Assembly (NCBI GenBank): GCA_964016885.1
Contig: OZ024742.1
Location: 366,110,001 to 366,174,000 of the forward strand
Direction of reading: 5' to 3'
DNA: 64,000 nt
Source: Eledone cirrhosa
Lineage: Eukaryota
Shown: piece after piece, positions 13,430 to 26,753 of the stretch
Layout of the letters: each line of letters starts with the position of its first letter
Numbering within the stretch: the first letter of the stretch is position 1
Position numbers and translations under genes: made by a program
The notes under the pieces: generated by a model
Databases searched by the model: none
What the model was told of the DNA's origin: nothing
What the model saw: the letters and a program-made list of their open reading frames with translations, nothing else

Positions 13430-13620
13430 TCTCGAGAGGATCGTCCTCAAACACTCCTTCCAGCGGGTGATGTCAGAAGCAACCATCGCCAGCTGGATCC
13501 CCAAGCGAGACCAGCCAAAGTCATGGATGTTATCCATTCATCTTGCTTGGGGTATACCTCTGGATCATCTGCCGGTCTTTTTTTTATAAGACATATAGTA
13601 TGCGAATTGATTGTGGGAGA
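13430..13620 (-). mobile_element. Degraded RTE-like 3' fragment
   Basis: Minus frame reads GR*SRGIPQAR*MDNIHDFGWSRLGI, resembling the GRPRxRWxDxI terminus. Confidence 0.4.
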
Positions 13621-13945
13621 TATGGCTGTTATTTCAGCAGACTGTGGGACCGTATAGAGGGTTTGTCTATGGTCTTCTATTAATACTGTTCTCGGATATG
13701 CTACTAATGTAAACACCACTGGTGAATAAAGCGAGGAATAAGGTTGCAATGTTTATGGGAGATAACTCCTGCCCTACTAAAATATTAACTCTTAAGTAAC
13801 AAAATATTATTGTAGAGTAATCTCCCTGAAATATTTATAGAAAACCATTAAGAATATAAGAAAAAGAAAAGAAAAAAATGAATGAAGAAATTAAACAACG
13901 AAAGGAAGGGAAAAGTGGGAGGGAATTATAGACTAAACCTCAATA

Positions 13946-15408
13946 GGGTGGTATCTCTCAGTTGTGTCCTGTTGACAGACTATACCCCAGTCTGGGTGGT
14001 ATCTCTCAGCTGTGTCCTGTTGACAGATTACACCCCAGTCTGGGTGGTATCTCTCAGCTGTGTCCTGTTGATAGACTATACCCCAGTTTGGGTGGTATCT
14101 CTCAGCTGTGTCCTGTTAACAGACTATACCCCAGTCTGGGTGGTATCTCTCAGCTGTGTCCTGTTAACAGACTATACCCCAGTCTGGGTGGTATCTCTCA
14201 GCTGTGTCCTGTTAACAGACTATACCCCAGTCTGGGTGTATCTCTCAGCTGTGTCCTGTTGACAGATTACACCCCAGTCTGGGTGGTATCTCTCAGCTGT
14301 GTCCTATTGACAGATTACACCCCAGTCTGGGTGGTATCTCTCAGCTGTGTCCTGTTGACAGACTATACCCCAGTCTGGGTGGTATCTCTCAGCTGTGTCC
14401 TGTTGACAGACTATACCCCAGTCTGGGTGGTATCTCTCAGCTGTGTCCTGTTGACAGACTATACCCCAGTCTGGGTGGTATCTCTCAGCTGTGTCCTATT
14501 GACAGACTATACCCCAGTCTGGGTGGTATCTCTCAGCTGTGTCCTGTTAACAGACTACACCCCAGTCTGGGTGGTATCTCTCAGCTGTGTCCTATTGACA
14601 GACTATACCCCAGTCTGGGTGGTATCTCTCAGCTGTGTCCTGTTGACAGACTATACCCCAGTCTGGGTGGTATCTCTCAGCTGTGTCCTGTTGACATACT
14701 ATACCCCAGTCTGGGTGGTATCTCTCAGCTGTGTCCTATTGACAGACTATACCCCAGTCTGGGTGGTATCTCTCAGCTGTGTCCTGTTGACATACTATAC
14801 CCCAGTCTGGGTGGTATCTCTCAGTTGTGTCCTGTTGACAGACTATACCCCAGTCTGGGTGGTATCTCTCAGCTGTGTCCTGTTGACAGACTATACCCCC
14901 AGTCTGGGTGGTATCTCTCAGCTGTGTCCTGTTAACAGACTATACCCCAGTCTGGGTGGTATCTCTCAGCTGTGTCCTGTTGACAGACTATACCCCAGTC
15001 TGGGTGGTATCTCTCAGTTGTGTCCTGTTGACAGACTATACCCCAGTCTGGGTGGTATCTCTCAGCTGTGTCCTGTTAACAGACTACACCCCAGTCTGGG
15101 TGGTATCTCTCAGCTGTGTCCTGTTAACAGACTACACCCCCAGTCTGGGTGGTATCTCTCAGCTGTGTCCTGTTGACAGACTATACCCCAGTCTGGGTGG
15201 TATCTCTCATCTGTGTCCTGTTAACAGACTACACCCAAGTCTGGGTGGTATCTCTCAGCTGTGTTCTATTGATAGACTATACCCCAGTCTGGGTGGTATC
15301 TCTCAGCTGTGTCCTGTTGATAGACTATACCCCAGTCTGGGTGGTATCTCTCAGCTGTGTCCTGTTGATAGACTATACCCCAATCTGTGTGGTATCTCTC
15401 AGCTGTGT
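13946..15408. repeat. 48-bp minisatellite, ~30 units, at the 3' end of a CRE-type element
   Basis: Unit ggtggtatctctcagctgtgtcctgttgacagactataccccagtctg. Confidence 0.95.
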
Positions 15409-15860
15409 ACTGCGGACAAAATGACAAAGACATTGCCACTGATAACAGCCAATGACACCTGCTGGAACAGCCATGCCACCTCACAGAGCTCCTTCCTTAG
15501 GTGGGTGGCCATTTCCAATTTTGTGAAGGAAAATGGGGACCTAGGATACCTGAATCTAGACGGTAACTGGTTTTATAAAGAAGCTGCCTGTCAAACCCTG
15601 GTATTTGGCAATTTTCCTCTCCTCTCCACAGCAGGTGGCTGTGTCTGTGTTTGTGGCTGAATTGACAAGATTTGAAGCAGAGAACGAGTCACAGCATGTA
15701 GCATCCCAGATTAGGTATTTACATCTCTTGAATGGGAAGAGATTTATCCTGTCTGGGTGTTTACCATTGCCACGATCAAGGCCAGCTGGCTCCAGTTGTA
15801 ATGGGAAGCCAGTCACATCGAGGCTCCTTCAGATTATGTCATTCAGAACAGCATTGGATT
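15400..15860 (-). mobile_element. CRE-clade non-LTR retrotransposon fragment (restriction-like endonuclease)
   Basis: LEPAGLDRGNGKHPDRINLFPF...LIWDATCCDSFS, homologous to 30960-32375 and 50870-51412. Confidence 0.8.
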
Positions 15861-16604
15861 ATTAAAACTCTAATGGTGTATAGCATTTTAGAAGAGAATT
15901 GATGGCTATAGCACTTAATGTTTAATGGAAACTGAAACTCACCCACAGGGAATTGTATCAGTAGCTTCCACCAATAACAGAAATAATAAGGAAGGGGACA
16001 ATGTATATTGAGTGATGTTTGTCTCTGTGAGGAGATAGCAGCTGATGGTATTCTGGATGAAACATAAGATGAATGTACAAACAGGAGTAGAAGGGAAAGA
16101 AATTATATTGATAACCTACAGGAGGATGTTTGGTGTGCGTTTGTAGACTGATTGGAGCAATGACAGTCTTGTTTACGTATATAGATATATTGATCACTCT
16201 CAGTCTTGCAAACTTAGGAGAATCTATTTCACTGAGGAGGCCTAATAAAACCAAAATAAGTCAGTTGTTTTCACCAGTTAACTTAGATCAGACCGATTCC
16301 TGTCTATATTGTCCACATTTTACCATCACCTTATCTGATAGAAATTATCTGCTTTGCTTTTTGTTTTTAGATTTCAGACACCCCTTACTTCAGATTTGAG
16401 ACAGACTTTAGACTTACTGTGGAGTAGACCTTTTTTACCCCACAACCAGGCTTACAACTATCTAACTAGCTGTCAATACTTGACTGGTATGTGTGTTATC
16501 AAATATGGAATGATGAAGTGAAACACTAGTAGGATTTGAACTCAGACCATAAACGACTGTAATACTGCAACACATTGAGCTCTACTACCAGCAACAACCT
16601 TAAT

Positions 16605-16980
16605 AAGGGTGTCTGATTTAGGCACAAGGCCAGCAATTCTGGGGGAGGGAGAGGTCGATTAAATCACCACCAGTGTGTTACTGGTATTTTATTTTATCGA
16701 CCCCCGTAAGGAAGGAAAGCAACGATAACCTCAGCAGCATTTGATCTCAGAATGTAAAGGGACATAACACTGTGTTGCAAAGCATATAGTATGACATTCC
16801 ACCGATACTGCCAATTGCACCTATAATAATAATAATGGTTTCTACTTTTGGCACTTTATTTTATCGACCCCGTAAGGATGAAAGGCAAAGTTAATCTCGG
16901 CGGGATTTGAACTCAGATCGTAAAGGGCCATAACTCTATACTGCAAAGCATGGCGTCCGACTCTCTACTGATACTGCCAA
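16605..16980 (-). mobile_element. Two tandem copies of tRNA-derived SINE family B
   Basis: Minus strand has the B-box GAGTTCAAATCCC followed by aactttgcctttcatccttacggggtcgataaaataaagt. Confidence 0.75.
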
Positions 16981-17093
16981 TAATAATGGTTTTCTAACAT
17001 GTAAATTTTCAAGATTGAAGAAATACAAAATATTCTGGGAAGAAATGTTTAAGGTAAATCTAAAATTACACTTTTTTATAAGGGATTTAATTG

Positions 17094-18960
17094 ATCATCA
17101 TCATCATCATCATCACCGTTTTACGTCTATTCTGCCATGTTATAATGGGTTAGACGGGTTGTCCTGTTGTGGGCAGTGTCCGGTCGGCTGACCTTGTCTT
17201 GCTTATACGGGAACTGATTCTGGCTTGATTTCTACAGCTGGATCATCATCATCATCATCATCATCATCATCTTCGTTTAACGTCCGTTTTCCACGCTAGC
17301 ATGGGTTAGACGGGAGTTGTCCCACTTGAGGCAAGGTTGGTCGGGTGACCGTGTCTCGCTCATATAGGACTGTCTGGCAGGTTTTCTACGGCTGGATGCC
17401 CTTCCTAACACCAACCACATTTACAGTGTGAAACTGGGAACTTTTTACCATGTTACCTACACAACCACATTACAGCGTGGACTGTGTGTGTGTTTTGTCG
17501 CGACACCTACACAAACTCGATCTCATTTTCTCATGCTGTTGGTGGGAGTGGGAGGATAGGGTAGGGGTAGTAGATTGGGGTGTATATTTGATTAAGAGGT
17601 GCCTACTGATTGTAGGTTTCGCTTTGTACATAGGCAAGGCGAGTCTTCTGTATTACTGTGTAGCGCCAAAGATCTCGGTCCAGTGACATTGTCTTAGAGA
17701 GATGTAAGTTTGTGAGGTCGCAATTTATCAGATCATCCCAGGTTTTTCTGGGTCTGCCTACTCCGTAACTACACTTGTCTCCTAGCCACTTGATAGTGCT
17801 CTCTACTTCTTCCATCCTGCCATACTTTCCAAGCCTGCTTTTTGGCCTTGATTGTCTCTTCCACCTTACTGTTCCACCACCAAGTTACTCTCCTCCTGCC
17901 AATATGTCTGCTCCAGCCACAGATTTCATCTGTTGCTTTCAGCAGGTTCACTTTCAAGAATTGCCACTGTTCCTCTATATTGCACGTCTCTAATTGCTCT
18001 TCCTTATTGTCAAAGGCATCAAGTAATAAGCTTTTAAATTTGTCACTGGCTATGGGGTCCTTCAACTTCCATATTCTTCTCCTCAAGGTAGGCCTCCTTT
18101 GTCGTCGAGTACGTCTATTCTTGACTATGAGGTCACTAAGTACTAGGCTATGTTGGGAGGTGCATTCTTCACGGGGGAGGGATTTAGTGTTTACAACAGA
18201 CATGTTGTCCCGTCTTCTAGTAAGGATATAATCTATCTGGCTGGCATGTTCCCCTGATCTAGAGGTGATCAATTGGTTTTCACGTTTTTTGAAGTTTGTG
18301 TTACATATAGTTAGGCTATTTGCGTCACAGAATTCCAGGATTCTGAAGCCCTCCTCATTTCTATTTCCAACGCCATAGCCTCCATAGATTCCATCATAGC
18401 CATCACTATGTTGTCCAATGTGACCGTTTAGATCACCAGCAATAATTAAGTAATCACTGTTGGTTATTTGGGAGGTAGTGTGCATTAGCATCTCATAGAA
18501 CCTGTCCTTTATAACATCAGGTAGACCAGATTGGTGTGCATAAGCAGATATTATTGTGACAGTAGTTCTATTTAGAACTAGTCTTAAATCAATTATTCTG
18601 TCATTCACTATATTTACGTCATTACCTTATCTACCCATTTTTCAGCTAACATAATTCCTACACTACCCTGTCTGTTGTCATTTCCCACCCAGAAAAGTTT
18701 ATAGCATCGTTCTTTACCCACGATGAATCTGGCAGATCCCCCTCTCCACCTAGTCTCTTGAATACAACAAACATCAACTTCTTTACGTTCAAGCATCTCT
18801 ACAACCTCATTTGAGCGACCTTTCAATGTGCCTACGTTCATGGTACCAACTCTGAAGTTGGGAGGGTGGGATGGATGGGTTGGAGGGGCAGGGAGGGGTG
18901 TGGGAGATGGGATTTTGTTGGTCATCTATGTCTGAAATAAAGAGGGGTCCTTGTATCCTC
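17094..18960 (-). mobile_element. RTE LINE with APE endonuclease and internally deleted RT, plus an extra RTE tail at 17094-17242
   Basis: GTMNVGTL, IQETRW, GDLNGH, QIDYIL, SQH (APE). At ~17770 it jumps to the GRPRKTW C-terminus, 3' UTR and (GAT)n. Confidence 0.9.
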
Positions 18961-18986
18961 GTCTTGCAGCGGGAGGTGAATTTGTC

Positions 18987-19165
18987 CTTCCTAACACCAA
19001 CCTCATTTACAGTGAGTGCTGGGTGTTTTTTTTCCGTGGCACCTCCACGACCACTTTGCAGTGGAACGATAGGGACCCCAGTCCTTATCATCTCATTTCT
19101 ACAGCTGAGTAAACTGGAGCAATGTGAAATAAAGTGTCCTCCTCAAAGAAACAACACATCACCCG
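18987..19165 (-). mobile_element. SINE family A fragment abutting the RTE 5' end
   Basis: Core and tail match 25-322, truncated at gttaggaagg. Confidence 0.75.
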
Positions 19166-19489
19166 ATCCTAATACAATATTTACGAATGGAGAGATGCTG
19201 CTCTGTGCTGAAGAAAACCCGTCCCACCCTTGCAAGCAGGGAAAAGTGGACATAAAATGATGTTGATCATCGTTTTGTCTGCTTACCATACTTGCATAGG
19301 TTGGACGTGTCCTTCTCAGCACAGCATTTCTCCACACATCACGATCCTTTGTCCTCACCTCTCAATAATTTGAGGTCAAACTCTCACAATCTCTGCCCAC
19401 GTCTTTCTTGGTCCACCTCTACTGCGACTTACTTCCACTAGCATTTCCTGGCACTTCTTCACCCAACAATCATCACAAGTTCAAACTTA

Positions 19490-21572
19490 CACCGTCTAGT
19501 CTCCTTTACATCACCTCGAATTCCTCTTAAACCCAGTGAGGATTTTGGCTTCGATAATATGAGGTTGTAGTTCAGTCATAACCATATGCTTCTGATTGCA
19601 CAATCTTGGTTGATCCAGGTTTCTGAGAAGCATAATGGCTGTGCCCTCTTCAATTCAAGGTTGTATGATGGCATACCGGATTGTTCCAGACTTTTGAGAA
19701 ATATAATGAACAGCTGTGTTCTTGTTGACAACTTTGTCGATAGATTTATAGGTCTGGCTACCTTCAGGGATCATTTGTGAGAGATTTTTGTTGATGGCAT
19801 TCACTGTGATGTTTTGAGGGGCAAGGATTGCTCTTTCAGACAGCAACTCCTGGTTGGAATGTTGAATTTCAAAATGGGGAACATTTAATTAAGCTTTCAA
19901 TGCTTTCAACAACAGTACAAAATTATGAAGGATCAAAACATCCTTCAGTATTAAGGGATATTTTGCTTTCACCAACTTTCAGAAGCTTTCGAGCAAACTC
20001 TGCAAATGTGTTGGTTCTTAAATTGAGTTCCGTGATACGTGGCCATAAAGGTGATGATTTTTGGCAAGCTCCAACTTGATTGGCACAAGTCACCTTTGAT
20101 ATCACTGATAAAGTTTGTGGGAAGTTCCCTGATAAAACAAGTGATTCCTCCCATGATTGTGCTCTTCTGGATATCTGTCAGTGTTCTGTCCAAGGTCTCC
20201 AATGTGTGTCTGAGCGCCATTGTGCATTCACCCCCAAAAAATTGCTACACATTGTTGCAATATTTGGGAAGCTTCTCAGTCCTTCTTTATGACACAAATA
20301 CAACACTTCATTCAAAGTGAGGCTTAAGTCCAATTTGAAAGCAGAATGATCTGTCTGACCTCCAAGTAAAAGTGTAGTGGCAATTCTAGATGAAGCAACA
20401 GCTAACGTTATTTTTTGCTCTTGTTGAATTTTAGACAATAGATTGGGAGCATCAATAAAGAAGGTCACCATTCTGTTGCCTACTAAACTCAAATATAATG
20501 TTATATACTGCTTTTTGATCATCTAGTAGTTTAGTTTCCTTTTCGTAAAGATAGGTCTTCTACGTTGTATGAAGCTTCGCACACAATTTCACTGTATGAT
20601 AAAAAAAATTAGTTCTACTGGTGCTAAGAAGGCCTAATAAATGCAGAGCTGGTCCATCTACTTCCACCAGTTTGTCTTCAATCTCAATCAAAGCTGTGTT
20701 ATAATGTTTGTCTGAAAACGTTACTTCTATGTCAGGGTTCCTCAATTACCCTTTGTGTTTAATGCCCTCAGACATGTCGTCCCTATAAGCTGAGATGGAT
20801 TGGCTATGTTACAGTTTTTTATTATAATAGTGAACAAAATTCAAATACATTTGGCAGTCCGAGATAGAGACACCTCTGCAAGTGTTGCACATCATTCACT
20901 GTCATCTTCCAACAGACCTCCCCGGATGCAGGCCTCTTAATAAGTGTTACAATCAGCACCATTCACTTTAAGGAAGTTCATCAAAACCTTGAGGGCTGGC
21001 AATTTCATTAAGCAACATCCTCAAGTGGAAACATTCGCACTGTCCCAGATGTATTGTGTAAATCCTACCAAGTGTTGCTGCTTTTTGAATTTCGGGATAG
21101 TTTTCTACTGGTCTTCCTTGTTTTCACCAGTTCCATTTTCCTCTGATTATCAAAGGTGTAGTAATGACTCCTTTCGATCACGAATGACCATGGAATTTGC
21201 ATCTACAAAGTCTCCCTCCGAGGCACAAGTCTGGGCAAGGTTGTTGGTGGTAGACCATCAGTCACTCATACCAGTCTCGCCCTCTCCACCGATGATGTCC
21301 AAGGGAAAGGCAATGACCGATACAACTCAGCACCAGTGACATTGCAATTCATTTCTACAGCTGAGTAAACTGAAGCAACGTGAAATAAAGTGAATTGCGC
21401 AAGGACACAACGAATCCCAACCTTCCTAATGCAAGCCCAATGCTCTAACGACTAAGTCATGTACCTTCACATCAAAGGTGTAGTAGATTGGTATTTGTCC
21501 ATATAGTAGACTTCATGTAAAGCTGTTAGTTCTACAAAATCAAAAAAATGCTAGCAAAGTTGTCTTTCTTGA
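19490..21572 (-). mobile_element. Degraded Helitron RepHel (PIF1-type helicase) fragment
   Basis: RKTTLLAFF...LLYGQIPIYYTF, LAVASSRIATTLLLGGQTDHSAFKL, LDRTLTDI, LSERAILAPQN. Many stops and frameshifts. Confidence 0.85.
21164..21470 (-). mobile_element. SINE inserted in the Helitron with a 15-bp target-site duplication
   Basis: ATCAAAGGTGTAGTA at 21149-21163 and 21471-21485. tRNA-like head and family A core with a different tail. Confidence 0.85.
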
Positions 21573-24500
21573 TGTTAGTATATTCCAGATTACACTACAG
21601 ATGTTGGTGGTGTTAGTATATTCTAGATTACACTACAGATGTTGGTGGTGTTAGTATATTCTAGATTACACTACAGATGTTGGTAGTGTTAGTATATTCC
21701 AGATTACACTACAGATGTTGGTGGTGTTAGTATATTCTAGATTACACTACAGATGTTGGTGGTGTTAGTATATTCTAGATTACACTACAGATGTTGGTGG
21801 TGTTAGTATATTCTAGATTACACTACAGATGTTGGTAGTGTTAGTATATTCTAGATTACACTACAGATGTTGGTAGTGTTAGTATATTCTAGATTACACT
21901 ACAGATGTTGGTAGTGTTAGTATATTCTAGATTACACTACAGATGTTGGTAGTGTTAGTATATTCTAGATTACACTACAGATGTTGGTGGTGTTAGTATA
22001 TTCTAGATTACACTACAGATGTTGGTAGTGTTAGTATATTCTAGATTACACTACAGATGTTGGTAGTGTTAGTATATTCTAGATTACACTACAGCTGTTG
22101 GTGGTGTTAGTATATTCTAGATTACACTACAGATGTTGGTAGTGTTAGTATATTCTAGATTACACTACAGATGTTGGTAGTGTTAGTATATTCTAGATTA
22201 CACTACAGATGTTATTGGTAGTGTTAGTATATTCTAGATTACACTACAGATGTTATTGGTAGTGTTAGTATATTCTAGATTACACTACAGATGTTATTGG
22301 TAGTGTTAGTATATTCTAGATTACACTACAGATGTTATTGGTAGTGTTAGTATATTCTAGATTACACTACAGATGTTGGTAGTGTTAGTATATTCTAGAT
22401 TACACTACAGATGTTATTGGTAGTGTCAGTATATTCTAGATTACACTACAGATGTTATTGGTAGTGTTAGTATATTCTAGATTACACTACAGATGTTGGT
22501 AGTGTTAGTATATTCTAGATTACACTACAGATGTTATTGGTAGTGTTAGTATATTCTAGATTACACTACAGATGTTATTTGTAGTGTTAGTATATTCTAG
22601 ATTACACTACAGATGTTATTGGTAGTGTTAGTATATTCTCGATTACACTACAGATGTTATTGGTAGTGTTAGTATATTCTAGATTACACTACAGATGTTA
22701 TTGGTAGTGTTAGTATATTCTAGATTACACTACAGATGTTATTGGTAGTGTTAGTATATTCCAGATTACACTACAGATGTTATTGGTGGTGTTAGTATAT
22801 TCTAGATTACACTACAGATGTTATTGGTACTGTTAGTATATTCCAGATTACACTACAGATGTTATTGGTAGTGTTAGTATATTCCAGATTACACTACAGA
22901 TGTTATTGGTAGTGTTAGTATATTCCAGATTACACTACAGATGTTATTGGTAGTGTTAGTATATTCCAGATTACACTACAGATGTTGGTGGTGTTAGTAT
23001 ATTCTACATTACACTACAGATGTTGGCGGTGTTAGTATATTCCAGATTACACTACAGATGTTATTGGTAGTGTTAGTATATTCCAGATTACACTACAGAT
23101 GTTGGTGGTGTTAGTATATTCTACATTACACTACAGATGTTGGCGGTGTTAGTATATTCCAGATTACACTACAGATGTTAATGGTAGTGTTAGTATATTC
23201 CAGATTACACTACAGATGTTATTGGTAGTGTTAGTATATTCTAGATTACACTACAGATGTTATTGGTAGTGTTAGTATATTCCAGATTACACTACAGATG
23301 TTATTGGTGGTGTTAGTATATTCTAGATTACACTACAGATGTTATTGGTACTGTTAGTATATTCCAGATTACACTACAGATGTTATTGGTAGTGTTAGTA
23401 TATTCCAGATTACACTACAGATGTTATTGGTAGTGTTAGTATATTCCAGATTACACTACAGATGTTATTGGTAGTGTTAGTATATTCCAGATTACACTAC
23501 AGATGTTGGTGGTGTTAGTATATTCTACATTACACTACAGATGTTGGCGGTGTTAGTATATTCCAGATTACACTACAGATGTTATTGGTAGTGTTAGTAT
23601 ATTCCAGATTACACTACAGATGTTGGTGGTGTTAGTATATTCTACATTACACTACAGATGTTGGCGGTGTTAGTATATTCCAGATTACACTACAGATGTT
23701 AATGGTAGTGTTAGTATATTCCAGATTACACTACAGATGTTATTGGTAGTGTTAGTATATTCCAGATTACACTACAGATGTTGGTGGTGTTAGTATATTC
23801 CAGATTACACTACAGATGTTGGCGGTGTGAGTATATTCTAGATCACACTACAGATGTTGGTAGTGTTAGTATATTCTAGATCACACTACAGATGTTATTG
23901 GTAGTGTTAGTATATTCTAGATTACACTACAGATGTTATTGGTAGTGTTAGTATATTCTAGATTACACTACAGATGTTATTGGTAGTGTTAGTATATTCT
24001 AGATTACACTACAGATGTTATTGGTAGTGTTAGTATATTCCAGATTACACTACAGATGTTATTGGTAGTGTTAGTATATTCCAGATTACACTACAGATGT
24101 TGGTGGTGTTAGTATATTCTACATTACACTACAGATGTTGGCGGTGTTAGTATATTCTAGATTACACTACAGATGTTATTGGTAGTGTTAGTATATTCTA
24201 GATTACACTACAGATGTTATTGCTAGTGTTAGTATATTCTAGATTACACTACAGATGTTATTGGTAGTGTTAGTATATTCTAGATTACACTACAGATGTT
24301 ATTGGTAGTGTTAGTATATTCTAGATTACACTACAGATGTTATTGGTAGTGTTAGTATATTCTAGATTACACTACAGATGTTATTGGTAGTGTTAGTATA
24401 TTCTAGATTACACTACAGATGTTGGTAGTGTTAGTATATTCTAGATTACACTACAGATATTGGTAGTGTTAGTATATTCTAGATAACACTACAGATGTTA

Positions 24501-25970
24501 TTGGTAGTGTTAGTATATTCTAGATTACACTACAGATGTTATTGGTAGTGTTAGTATATTCTAGATTACACTACAGATGTTATTGGTAGTGTTAGTATAT
24601 TCTAGATTACACTACAGATATTGGTAGTGGTAGTATATTCTAGATTACACTACAGATGTTATTGGTAGTGTTAGTATATTCTAGATTACACTACAGATGT
24701 TATTGGTAGTGTTAGTATATTCTAGATTACACTACAGATGTTATTGGTAGTGTTAGTATATTCTAGATTACACTACCGATGTTATTGGTAGTGTTAGTAT
24801 ATTCTAGATTACACTACAGATATTGGTAGTGTTAGTATATTCTAGATTACACTACAGATGTTATTGGTAGTGTTACTATATTCCAGATTACACTACAGAT
24901 GTTGGTGGTGTTAGTATATTCTAGATTACACTACAGATGTTGGTGGTGTTAGTATATTCTAGATTACACTACAGATGTTGGTAGTGTTAGTATATTCCAG
25001 ATTACATTACAGATGTTGGTGGTGTTAGTATATTCTAGATTACACTACAGATGTTGGTAGTGTTAGTATATTCTAGATTACACTACAGATGTTGGTAGTG
25101 TTAGTATATTCTAGATCACACTACAGATGTTGGTAGTGTTAGTATATTCTAGATTACACTACAGATGTTGGTAGTGTTAGTATATTCTAGATTACACTAC
25201 AGATGTTGGTAGTGTTAGTATATTCTAGATTACACTACAGATGTTGGTAGTGTTAGTATATTCCAGATTACACTACAGATGTTGGTGGTGTTAGTATATT
25301 CTAGATTACACTACAGATGTTGGTGGTGTTAGTATATTCTAGATTACACTACAGATGTTGGTGGTGTTAGTATATTCTAGATTACACTACAGATGTTGGT
25401 AGTGTTAGTATATTCTAGATTACACTACAGATGTTGGTAGTGTTAGTATATTCTAGATTACACTACAGATGTTGGTAGTGTTAGTATATTCTAGATTACA
25501 CTACAGATGTTGGTAGTGTTAGTATATTCCAGATTACACTACAGATGTTGGTGGTGTTAGTATATTCTAGATTACACTACAGATGTTGGTGGTGTTAGTA
25601 TATTCTAGATTACACTACAGATGTTGGTAGTGTTAGTATATTCTAGATTACACTACAGATGTTGGTGGTGTTAGTATATTCTAGATTACACTACAGATGT
25701 TATTGGTAGTGTTAGTATATTCCAGATTACACTACAGATGTTGGTAGTGTTAGTATATTCTAGATTACACTACAGATGTTGGTGGCATTAGTATATTCTA
25801 GATTACACTACAGATGTTGGTAGTGTTAGTATATTCTAGATTACATTACAGATGTTGGTAGTGTTAGTATATTCTAGATTACACTACAGATGTTATTGGT
25901 AGTGTTAGTATATTCTAGATTACATTACAGATGTTGGTAGTGTTAGTATATTCTAGATTACACTACAGAT
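21573..25970. repeat. 4.4-kb minisatellite of 38/41-bp units (~110 copies)
   Basis: Unit gttagtatattctagattacactacagatgtt(att)ggtagt. Confidence 0.97.
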
Positions 25971-26623
25971 ACACAAAGGAAATTGTAAGAGAAATCCATG
26001 ACAAAGATTGAACATTTCTGTTTGGTACAAAAACTTTCTGACACAGTTCTTATCCTCTGTTGTCTAGTGGGTAAAAATCAAGTGAGTTACAGATAAATTG
26101 CACATGTAAGATTTACAAAACTTGTCGTAGTTGGTGATTTAATGGGGTTGGTGCTAGGAAGGGCATCTGGTCATAAACACAGCTTCTAAAGGACCACATG
26201 AAGAATGGTTGGTGCTAAGAAGGGCATCTGGCCTTAAACACAGCTTCAAAAGGACCACATGTTTAGTATAAAGTCTATGGTGGTGGCTCCACAAGGGTAA
26301 CTCCTACATTAGCAAGGGAAATTGACTTAAACCACATTATTGTTGTTGTAAAACAGGGAAATATAGTGGAAGGATTGGTAATGGGCTGTGTAAAGAATTT
26401 AAGGTTTACCAAAATACGGTCTTCAACTCTTTTATCTTCATCCTAGTCCATGAGACCATCCGGTGTTAGGACTGGATGTTCATGGAAGCTTTTGAATCCA
26501 TTGACTTGTTTCTCACAGCAGAGATAATCCAACAGCTACAAGAAGAAGTTTGAAATGTGCAACTGTTGGTATCAGTGAAATTAATCTCATAATCAGTTAA
26601 CATCTGTTTCCCTTGCTAGCAAG

Positions 26624-26753
26624 GGCCAAATAGGTCACAAACAGATCAAGGGTCAGATAGGTCACCACAGATCAAGGGCCGGATAGGTCATGACAGGTCA
26701 AGGGTCAGATAGATTACCACAGATCAAGGGTTAGATATGTCACCACAAATCAA
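26624..26753. repeat. Diverged ~26-bp tandem repeat, 5 units
   Basis: Variants of gggtcagataggtcaccacagatcaa. Confidence 0.75.

Noticed and set aside
13882-15660. 404-aa and 250-aa repetitive ORFs
   Set aside because: Artefact of a stop-free 48-bp unit. The frame switches at single-base indels and there are no gene signals.
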